In this document: piece by piece, positions 52,556 to 64,000 of the stretch
Position numbering within the stretch: the first letter of the stretch is position 1
How the letters are laid out: every line of letters begins with the position of its first letter
Made by a program: the position numbers and the translations under genes
Notes under the pieces: generated by a model
Told to the model about the DNA's origin: nothing
The model's input: the letters and a program-made list of their open reading frames with translations, nothing else
Database searches by the model: none
Assembly: GCA_951406725.2 (NCBI GenBank)
Contig: OX597823.1
Span: 27,900,001-27,964,000, forward strand
Reading direction: 5' to 3'
Source: Octopus vulgaris
Taxonomy: Eukaryota
Length of the DNA: 64,000 nucleotides

Positions 52556-52889
52556 GCGATATTTCCGGGAAATGTTGAATTTCTGTAATCACTTCTCAGA
52601 GAATGGAGAGAGAGAGTGGTGAAAGAGGGGCAGTGGTGTAGAGGGAGTAAATTTTGCAGACTCGGTAAAAGTAAGGAGGGGAGACGGAGAAGGAGGAGGA
52701 GGAGAAAGAAATCAAAGAGGTGTATAGAATTGGTGGAGGGGTGTGTGGAAGAAGCGGAGTGGTTTAGGGAATTGATGGAGCGGGTGGAGAGAAATGAAGT
52801 GATGGTTACAGAATTGGTGAAAGATATCATGAAAAGAAAAATATTGAAAATATTTGATTTTACATTGTTATTCAAATCACTTTCATTCG

Positions 52890-52917
52890 CTTTCTTTTCT
52901 TTCTTTCTTTCTTTCTT

Positions 52918-52964
<47 letters not shown>

Positions 52965-53021
52965 GTCTCTCTTTTCTTTCTTTCTTTCTGACTGTCTTTC
53001 TTTCTATATCTCTCTTTCTTT

Positions 53022-53071
<50 letters not shown>

Positions 53072-53702
53072 TTTTCTTTCTTCCCTCTTTTCATCTCCCT
53101 TCTTTCTTCCTCTCTCAATTCCTTTCTCGCCATGTTTGTTTCTTTCTTTCCTCTTCCTTCCTTCCCTCCTTCCTTTCTTGTTTCCTTTTTTTTTCTTTTA
53201 TTCATTAATTCTTTCATCCTGTCTTTCTACACCCCCTTCTTTCCTTCTTGATTTCTTTCTTTCTATTTTCTTTCTCTTCTTCATTTTCAGCCTTTCACTT
53301 CTTTACAATCTCTTTCGTTTATTTATCTATTTATCTGTTCATGTATATATTCATTTCCTCGTTTCTCATTCTTTCTTTCATCATTTATTTTTTCTTTCTT
53401 TCTGTCATTCTTTCTCTTTCTCTTTACTTGTCTCTTTCTTTCTCTCTTTCATTCATTCACCTTTGTTCTTAATTTTTCCTTTCTTTCTTTCATTCTTTCT
53501 TTCTCTTTCTGTCTTTAGCTCTATTTTTCTTTCTTTCATTCATTAATTCATTCTTTTTTCCAGTTATTCTTTCTTCCTCTCTCTCTTTACATCTCTTTTT
53601 CTTTTTCTCTTTCATTCATTCATCTTTGTTCTTCCTTTCTTTCTCTCTCTCTTTTTCTTTCTTCCTTCCTTTCTTTCTTTCATTCATTCATCTTTCTTTC
53701 TC

Positions 53703-53745
<43 letters not shown>

Positions 53746-53837
53746 CTTTTTCTCCCTCCCTCCCTTCCTTCTTTGTTCTTCTTTCCTCTCTTCCTTCCAT
53801 CTCTAATCTTTCTCTCCAATGTCTTTCCTTCTTTCAG
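52890..53837. repeat. (CTTT)/(CTAT)n polypyrimidine tract, followed by (CAC/AAC)n to 54450
   Basis: Direct reading. Confidence 0.9.
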
Positions 53838-54382
53838 CTGATTCAATATTGTCATTCGTCTTGCCACCGTACCATGTTAGCAGTTCATTTGGCATTAAAT
53901 ATTGGCCTACATCTCCATCGCTGTCACCACCACCACCACCACCACCACCACCACTACCACTACCACAACCACCACTACTACCACCACCATGCAAACACAT
54001 CATTACTACCAACAAGAACGTCAGCACCAGCACCTACACCACAACCAGTAAAACAGTGCCATTACCGCCACCGCAGCAGTACCACCACCACAGCATCGCA
54101 TCCACTAGTACCGCTACATTACAAACGGCCAAGCAGAACAAAATTAAAAGCAACACCGGTACCATCAGCACAACCACACCACCTTGAAACCGCCACCACC
54201 ACTACCATGCCACAATCACCATCACCAGCACCACCAACACCAATACCACCATCACCACCACCACCTCCACCACCACCACCACAACCGCCAACACCACCAC
54301 AACCGCCAACACCAACACACCACCACCACAACCGCCAACACCATCACACCACCACCACAAACAATACCACCACAAACATCAA

Positions 54383-54418
<36 letters not shown>

Positions 54419-54421
54419 CAA

Positions 54422-54452
<31 letters not shown>

Positions 54453-54548
54453 CATGTCCATAAGTTTACACATCATCTGACAGCATCGGATAGGAGAGGA
54501 ACTTTTTCCTTTACACATAGATAGATAGATAGATAGATACACACATAC

Positions 54549-54673
<125 letters not shown>

Positions 54674-54675
54674 CG

Positions 54676-54713
<38 letters not shown>

Positions 54714-54835
54714 CGTATACGTATGTATATAAGCATATATTCATATGTATATACATATTTATGTATATATGCATATATGAATATGTATTTACAATTATGC
54801 GTATACATATATATGTATGTTTGTATGTATGTATG

Positions 54836-54876
<41 letters not shown>

Positions 54877-54995
54877 GCACGTGCGCACACAGACACACAC
54901 ATAACTACCTACACACATACATATTCACATAGATGAGTCTGCTTCTGCGTGCTTGAGTGCGTGAGAACGTGTGTTTTAAGGATGCGCAAATATAT

Positions 54996-55076
<81 letters not shown>

Positions 55077-55087
55077 CATATATATAT

Positions 55088-55139
<52 letters not shown>

Positions 55140-55579
55140 AGAGAGAGAAAGAGAGACATATATGTGTACCCATATACGCATGTATATATACATATAGATG
55201 TAGGTACGTACATACATGTATGTATATATGCATTTGTTTTATTCATTAATTTGTTATTATATATATATATATACATACATAAAAAAAATAAAATAAAAGA
55301 GTAATACATATACATACATATATATATGTATACACACACAAATGTGTGAGTGTGCACATGTGCTCGCGCGCAAGCGTGTGCGTGTGTGCATGCGCGTTCG
55401 TGTATGTGTGGCTTTGAAGCTTATATCCAACCAATATTCATGTGATACCGCATAGTAACAAGCAATGTTTATACTTAAGTAAAATGGATTCGAAAAAAAA
55501 AAGAACCAAATAAAACAACCCCTACACGCCTCAAAAAAAAAAAGAAAGGAAAACACGAGAGAAAAACACACATTCTACT

Positions 55580-55661
<82 letters not shown>

Positions 55662-56258
55662 GTTTGTCTGTCTACATATAATGTTCAATCATGTGTGTTC
55701 CTGTGAGCGCATGCTTGTGTGTTCACTTGAATGCTTATGTCTCCCTATGTATGTTAGTATATTTTACTACTCAGTAGCAAACAAAACCTTGGATAAAATC
55801 GATAAAAGTAACTAACCCTACCATTTTCATAAGTCGAATTTCTGATTTCTTTTCCCCAAAACAAAAATTACAACATCTCCATCCCCAACACAGTAAAAGC
55901 AACAACAAAAAAAAAAAACACAATAAAAACCGTACATACTACCAAAAAAAAAACCAAGAGTAAAAAAAAAAACAAACTTCCTGACAAAACACCACAAAAT
56001 ATATAGGAGAATCACTCATACTTTTTTCTTCTAATTTAAAACTAGCAAAAACATTAAAATGCCGCGTACGTTGATAGCGACAGATATTCCTATATACAAT
56101 ATATCACTTCCAGATTCAACTCAATATATTCCGCTAAAATTTCTCGAACCAACTCTTTCTCTTTTAATCACATGTACATGCATACATACATACATGCATA
56201 CATACATACATACATACATACATACATACATACATACATGCATGCATGCATACATGCA

Positions 56259-56291
<33 letters not shown>

Positions 56292-56304
56292 GCATATGTA
56301 TGTC

Positions 56305-56336
<32 letters not shown>

Positions 56337-56396
56337 GATGTATGTATATATATGTACATATATATATATGTATATATATATTTGTACATATATATA

Positions 56397-56468
<72 letters not shown>

Positions 56469-56510
56469 AATATATATATACATATATATATGTATATGTA
56501 TATATATATT

Positions 56511-56579
<69 letters not shown>

Positions 56580-56724
56580 GTACATGTATATATATATATA
56601 TCTATATCTATCTATCTATCTCTATATATATGTATATATATGTATAGGTAATACATACACAAACACGCACGAATATATAAATATATTAAGCTTATATACT
56701 TGTGTATATATGCATGTAATCCTT

Positions 56725-56784
<60 letters not shown>

Positions 56785-56922
56785 GCACACACGCACATCT
56801 TTGCTGTCCTTTAGTAATTTTTAAAACTTAATATGAATTTGTGTGTTTGCTTATTTTCTTTTGTGTCCATTTAAAAGTGTCTTTTACCATTTTATTATAT
56901 TCACTGATATCGTTTACATTAT

Positions 56923-56964
<42 letters not shown>

Positions 56965-57621
56965 GCAAACGCATACATATACGTTTAAATATATATGTAC
57001 GTACTTATTTAAACGTATGTGGAGGCGCGTGGCTCAGTGATCAGAAGTGTTGGTCTCGTGACCCAAAGGTTGTGGTTTCGATTCCTCAATCAGGTGATGC
57101 ATCGTGCTCTTGAGCAAAACATTTCTTTTCACGTTTTTCCTGTTCATTTATCTAGTGAAAATGACCAATCCTCTTATGGTCCGGCGTCCCTACCAGCTGT
57201 GTAATATATGCATATATATTACCGAACTTGTACTTTAGAAAATTCTTGCTGGCTTTTGGAATCTGCGAAGCTATAGCCACAGCCGAAGGGAGACAATCGT
57301 TTATCTTCGTGGTGCTTTGGTGACCGCAAGATGGTGGCACGGCAAAAGATCGATGTCAAATGGCAAAGAGAGATAATAACCTAGGGTTTTACCTTTAAAA
57401 CAAGGCTTTTCCCCCTCCATATTTTGAAGAGGCCTCAGGTCAGCAAGGTTTGGGCTCTGAAGATAGCCGTAAGGCTAAACCCCTTATGAGCAAGAAACTC
57501 AGGCTAACCTCATAAGCCGACCTACCCCACAATAATGTTAACCACTCTACATCTTAGAGTGTGCTTCTCCTCGGGATCTTTGTATTTCTACAAACGCTAT
57601 ATATATATATATGTATATACA

Positions 57622-58506
57622 TAAGTGGTTTGATAATAAGTATCTGGACTGTTGCCATAGCGACGAAGCTAAAGCACGCAGAGTGAAACTGTTCGGCACA
57701 GATTGATCTTCAACTCAGCTGTGCGTGCGCATAAATTTTAACTTTCTAGCTCACTTTCGCTGTTTACAGCAGTGCCTGGAAGGAAGATGTGTAGCGTGTG
57801 ATCATTGCATTGACCATGACAGAGAAAGTTGAGCAGAGAATGTGAATTAAATTTTGCCAAAAGCTTGGCAATACTTGCTCAGAGCTCTACGCAAAGTTTT
57901 CAAAACGTTTTCTTCGTTCGCGATATAATCAAGGAAATTTATGCAACTGAAACCCGAGAGTCATTTTGGTCAGCTGAAGGCAGTTTTAGCACAAACTTTG
58001 CAGACACGTGTCTCATACCCACATCTTCAGTGATAATGGACTGAACTGAACCGCAACTAATCTGCACATCCTCTAATAACTTACGGATGGTGATTCGACG
58101 ATTTCCCCTCACAGCTGCACGCACATCTGCGATGTTTTTCTCAGTTTTGTTGGTTGCGGGCCTCCCAGCACATTCGTTAATATCGACATTTTTTCGGTCA
58201 TCTTGAAAACGTCTGAACCACTCGTACACTTGTGTGCGTCTCATATACTCCTCTCCATACACTTTCTCCAACTTTGTGTAAGGTTCTGAGAAGGTATCGC
58301 CATGATAACTTTCCCTGTTATTGTCAATACAACGATCACACGCTACACACCTTCCTTCCAAGCAATGCTGTAAACAGCGGAAGTGAGCTAGATTTAGTGC
58401 GCGTGTACAGCAGAGTTCAAGATCAATTGTAGCCAAGCGACTTCACTATGCATGACTTAGCGTCGTTAATACGCCAACGGTCTAGATACTTATTGATCAG
58501 GCCTCG
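57622..58506. mobile_element. Mariner derivative made of two inverted 5' ends
   Basis: 57622-57905 (+; MTEKVEQR..IKFCQKLG) is an inverted copy of about 58260-58506. Minus ORF encodes VYGEEYMRRTQVYEWFRRF...GRP...RRITIR...VSAKFV. Confidence 0.85.
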
Positions 58507-59660
58507 TATATGTATGCCACATAATCCAGGAAACCAACCTCCCAGACCATAAACTCGAGAAGGTTCTTTAACTGATTACATGCTATCTTTAAAAACGCGT
58601 CTTGGCAGTGATATCCCTTTTGTATATAGTCATCATTTATTGTGTTTGCTTGCGTTTCGTTGCTCATCAATATGTTTTTATTCAAGTTTATGTTTCTGTT
58701 AGCTTTTGTCTTATCTTAGTACTCCGCTTTTGGTATTATGCTTACTTTTACTCAAGCCCTTCTCTATAGAAATAAGTTAACTTTTTGCTACTATTCTCTC
58801 AAATTGGATCCTTGTTTTTTTCCAGCTTCTCTTCCGCCCCTTTATGCGTTCCATTCCAAATTGCACTTCAAGCACACGTTTCCCAGAGGAAAGGCCTTCA
58901 CCTCCACAGTCTTGTTGGTTGTGAATTGTCACCGTTGCTTCCTTATGTAGCTTCACTTTTTACTAGATATTGTCCCTTACACAAATCCTAATCTTACCTC
59001 TGGGAAAGGGTGGCCCATATTAGCGTAGCCTCTATCATTTATAGACACACCCTGCACAAGGGTGGAGACCCTACAAATATCTTGCAATCTGCTAGCATGG
59101 CTCTCATGTTAATTGAAGTACACAATCCCCTACATTGCAACGAGGCTAGACCTGTGAAGGAATGTTATACGTGTTATGCCATATTTGGTTATAATGTTAG
59201 ATCTTCTTCTATAATTTTATGCTTCGTTGTTTCTATTTGTTTTTGGCTATTTTCGTTTTTGCTTATATTCTGATAGATTATTGTTATGGCCCTTAGGTTT
59301 TGGATTTATTCATTTTTATTCTCTGCAACAGAATTTATTCCCCTTCAGTTATGAAACATAACTGAAATATATATTAAGCACAGGAAAAAAAATCCACATA
59401 CGTTTTATAAATAGATAAATATTTAATTTATTATTCGTTATGAAGCTAACTATATGTTACTGAGAATGAATTCTTTGTGAACGATTTAAGAAAACATACA
59501 ATTAATACATACAAGAAATTTTTAAAACTTACATAAAATACACGTATACACACACACAAACGTACGCACACATATATGTTCATACATAAATAATTATATG
59601 CATATATCTGTTTCTTTATATGCATATGCATCCAGGTGCCCGTGCATCTGTCTGTCTGTC

Positions 59661-59742
<82 letters not shown>

Positions 59743-59795
59743 TGTGTATGTGTGTGTATACAACGTACCCACTATACATAAATAAATAGGTATGA

Positions 59796-59830
<35 letters not shown>

Positions 59831-60415
59831 TATGCATTTATACACACATACATATATATATATATTTATACACATATACATATACAAATACATAATCAGT
59901 CAGTTCTCCACAAGGTGGAAAAAATGTACATTCTAAAAGAAGTTTCGAGGAGTTTTATTTGATACAGAAGAAATAGTTACGGCATATAATCAGTCAGAAA
60001 GTTATCATTGGTTTCACATCTACTGTTGCACTTGGCAGCGTAGGCGAGTCATCAGACTTGCTAAGTGGAAGCACATCGCTTCTTTTCTATTGGAGGAATA
60101 AATACAACATTGGTCAGTTTGGTAAAAAAAAAACAGGAACTAATAAAACCCATTCAGCGATTTCAGCTGTGTCTAAAATGGGCAAGTCTGTGAACGTTTT
60201 TTTTCCGTTCACTATCCCACATGCAGGGAAGACCACGTTTCCCAAGAAAAAGTTTTCTGTCATAAGGGCATCAGCCGAACATTTCACTTTTTGAATTCAA
60301 GAAGGCACCCAGATCGTGTGTAGTTCTTAGGATCATTGTACACTCGGCCAAGCAAATGTTACATCATCGGCTTTCTTTGAAGTATGACCCAGGTTCCAGC
60401 AGCTTTCAGTTAACT

Positions 60416-60467
<52 letters not shown>

Positions 60468-61311
60468 ATATATATTAGTTACAGGATTCATTAGAATATT
60501 GGCACAGCAATACGTAGGACATATATATATGTGAACACACACATGCGTGTATTTTAGGTACCGTGATAAGAGAACTCAACAACCCTTTCAGTTCTAATAT
60601 AGAATCTTAAAGATGAAGGGACCAATTTCGACATTAATAGAAAACCCACTCTAAATCCAGATCCTATATTAACAGATATAAAACCTGTTCAGTGTGTTGT
60701 CTTGAAAAACTGTATCTATTAAAAAACTTGAGAACCTCCGATGAATACATGAATTCGAAGAACGAGATTTTTTTGTATGTCCGCACTTCAAGAAATACAT
60801 TGTCAGAATTTTAAAGTTAACAACCGGACACTTAAACTATTGACGTCCGGCTTATGTCTATTCGACATCGAATTATTGTAACATTGATTATCTCCCTTCT
60901 GTTTTTCTTTCTGTCTTTTCTACAAGCGTCTTTTGTTTAAATGTTATCTGCGCAAAGAATAACTGACAAACAGTCTTGTTTTCAGCTTAATATATGTATA
61001 CATATATACATATGATTCAGTGCACATTGTCCTTTTGTTCCCAGGAGGAGAGAAAATTTGGGTGTAAATAAAACGATAACCAAATAGAATATTATACATA
61101 CAACCTGTTGCTGCGAATCAATGATTTTGAAATGCTTCGGTTTACTGTGAGGTTATTCTAAGAGTACATCGTCTGAAACCGGATTATAATTTATTATTTC
61201 GACCACAAAACCCCGAGTAGCTGTAATTACAAGATTTGTGATTTTTATTTTATTATCATATTTATTCTCTCAGATGATCGAGTGATTTTCTAGTTATTGA
61301 AATATTACCAC

Positions 61312-61384
<73 letters not shown>

Positions 61385-61548
61385 TAGAAAAAACACCTTT
61401 TATCAATTCAGCAATGAAAAAATTAAATTACACCATATACAAAAAAAAAATTACATCTTATAGAAAAAAATTAAATATAAGATAAAAACATATACCAATG
61501 AATAAGTAATGTGCAAAATAATAAATTAAACGTAGATAGTTTGTAAAA

Positions 61549-61631
61549 TGACTACACGTGTTTCGTGGCTATATTTAAGAAATGATAGCAGTAAAATCAA
61601 TTCAATTTAAATATAGCCACTCTTCAGGTCA
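61549..61631 (-). ncRNA. Type I hammerhead ribozyme motif, intact core
   Basis: Minus strand: tgac CTGAAGA gtggctatatttaa [loop] ttaaatatagccac GAAA cacgt GTA gtca. Stem I 4 bp, stem II 14 bp perfect, palindromic stem III. Confidence 0.85.
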
Positions 61632-61871
61632 AAGATAAAAACAATAAAATAATTAGATAAATATTTGAACTTTAAATTTATAGTAAATAGTCATTTAAAA
61701 TTAAATGCAAGCATCAATTTATTTACCTATGATACGTTTAGCTAATTGGTTTTGAATGACCATAGAGAGTGCGAGCCCTCTAACTGAAAAATTGTGGGTT
61801 TGTGTAAAGGATACACAGACAGACATTTTGCCGTTTATATATATAGAGGTTATCATCATCATCATCATCAA

Positions 61872-61928
<57 letters not shown>

Positions 61929-61943
61929 CATTATATATAAACA

Positions 61944-62310
61944 CACAGGGTGCGTAAGGTATTTGAGGACATATCTTTTTTTGACCATTGCTGCATATTT
62001 TGCTAACTCTGTATAATCTTTGTTTCAGAAAATAATAAAGGCAGGCACTTAACCTACTCAAGAAATGAAGAGGCATGCTATTATTGTGGTTATAAAGGTT
62101 GAGCATAGCGATTGAGAAATATCTCGATTTTTAAGTTGTCAGATCTTTTGTCTATAAAGGAGTTAGAGACTGAAGATGGAAACGTATCACCAGTATCAAA
62201 CCATAAAAAGCATTCTAAACGCTCTGAAATCATCAGAACACCTAAATTTATCCAGCAAGTTCACCAGATCGTTGATTACAATCCCAGAAATTCCATGAGG
62301 TCAAATGCAA
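61944..62310 (+). mobile_element. Tc1/mariner-superfamily 5' fragment
   Basis: Starts cagggtg. Relic N-terminus MKRHAIIV..KVEHSD.EISRFL / KELETEDGNVSPV..KKHSKRSEIIRTP.FIQQV..IVD.NPR.SMRS. Confidence 0.6.
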
Positions 62311-62371
<61 letters not shown>

Positions 62372-62525
62372 ACAATGGTTGTGCGGTCAAGAAGTTCACT
62401 TCGCAACCACATGGCTTGGATTTAGCTACTCTGCGCAGCACTTTGAGCAAGTGACTTCTGCTATAGGCCCGGGCCAAGCAATAATTTCTGAATGAACCTG
62501 ACAAATGGAAATTATGTGGAAGCCC

Positions 62526-62602
<77 letters not shown>

Positions 62603-64000
62603 TGTGTGTGTGTGCGTGTGCGTGTGTGTGTGTGTGTGTGCGTGTGTGTGTGTGTTTGTTTCCCCACCTCTTGACAACCGGTGTTGGATTATTTACGTTA
62701 TCACAAACTGGCGGTTCGGCAAACGATGTGGATATAATAGATAGAATAAATACCTAAAATAAAAAAAAACAATACAAACTGAAGCCCAACCCCTCAAAGC
62801 GGTGCTCCAGCATGACTGCAATCTGGTAACTGAGACTACGAAATAAATAAGAATATGTAATTATGAAAAAAAAAATCTTTTCTCATAATTAAAGATTAAA
62901 CGAATTTGTAAGAATTCAAAAATATATTTAAGATTCGTTTATTTTATTCATGTATGAGAAATATTGCTTGCTATAAACACTGAAATATCACAACACAAAG
63001 ATATATTTTTACAACCAGAATTGTTAATTATCTTGTCTAATACAACACGGTTCTAATAAAACATTAATTGATTTTTCATTTTGTTAATTATTGAACTACT
63101 GAAGCACAGCCAGTGTTTAATTATCTCGGAAACGTTTCTAGTAATTTTGCTATTTATCACTTCTCATTCATCATAGTCATCAGTAAACTATTGAAGCTAC
63201 AAATGCTACAGATAGAGCCATCAATCACTAACCATCAATATTAACTATTAAAGCCACTAGTAACTGCTCTTATCCCAAAAACTGTTCTCGGACAAAACAT
63301 ATTGGTTTCAAATTTTGGTACAAGGCCAGCAGTATCTGGGGAGGAGATGAGTCGAATACATCGGCCCCAGTACTCAACTGGTATTTATTTTATCGACCCA
63401 GAAAGGATGAAAAGCAAAGTCGACCTCGGCGTAATTCAAACTTAGAACTTAAAGATAGACGAAATGCCGCTAAGCATTTTGCTCGGCGTGTTAACGATTC
63501 TGCCAGCTCATCGTCTTAATCAGTATTTAATATTGTTTTCAAATTTTGGCGCAAGGCCAGCAACTTTGGGAGAGGGGCAAGTCGATTACAACTTTGTTTT
63601 ATCGACCCTGAAAGGATGAAAGGCAAAAGTCAACCCCAGCTGCATTTGAACTCAGAACGTTAAGTCGGATGAAATGTTGCTTAGCACTTAATCAGTATTA
63701 AATATTAAAACGACAACGAACCAATAAAAAAGCCTCTACGTTGTCATCGAACTTTTTCGAAGAAGTAGCTAAATCTCCCTCAAACCACACCTAATAGTCT
63801 TAGAAAAATTACATTGGTTAATGTAGTCCCAATGTCTTTGCACAAAGGAAAATGATGGAATAGTCACAACTCGAATACTTCTGATCACACACCTACTTAA
63901 TGTGGTTTAATCCAGGCCTAAGTAGCAACAATAGCTTCAACTGTTTTACTGTTATATACTATTGCTAGACGACTATAATGCCTATTATTTTAGACACCAA

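Noticed and set aside
52552-52590. Minus-strand 28-nt microexon (NSTFPGNIA)
   Set aside because: The donor site comes from an adjacent SINE head, and no partner exons were found.

Overview
AT-rich, microsatellite-dense animal genomic DNA. The SINE set and (TA/TG/TATG)n load point to an octopod cephalopod (inference). One protein-coding gene is well supported: the 3' part of a calexcitin/sarcoplasmic Ca-binding (EF-hand) gene on + (exons 7850-8003, 24756-24856, 28462-28578, plus a candidate 40-nt exon at 4371-4410). The rest is mostly mobile DNA: tRNA-derived SINEs, RTE-type 3' ends, mariner relics, TTAA MITEs, Helitron-like pieces, a Tx1/L1 fragment and a Penelope-like (Naiad-type) GIY-YIG fragment. 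A tRNA-Ser pseudogene and a probable decayed TIR-domain gene are also present. Least-explained signals: (1) at least five sequence-unrelated type I hammerhead ribozyme motifs, three with an adjacent inverted repeat and one in sense orientation inside the calexcitin-like intron; (2) a 6.8-copy, apparently identical 330-bp array fused to an RTE-type tail; (3) a ~59-bp minisatellite built around a palindrome containing heat-shock-element and MCAT motifs; (4) a clean (TTAGGG)2 insertion; (5) a SINE tail shared with the Tx1 fragment. All calls were made by eye; no searches or folding were run.
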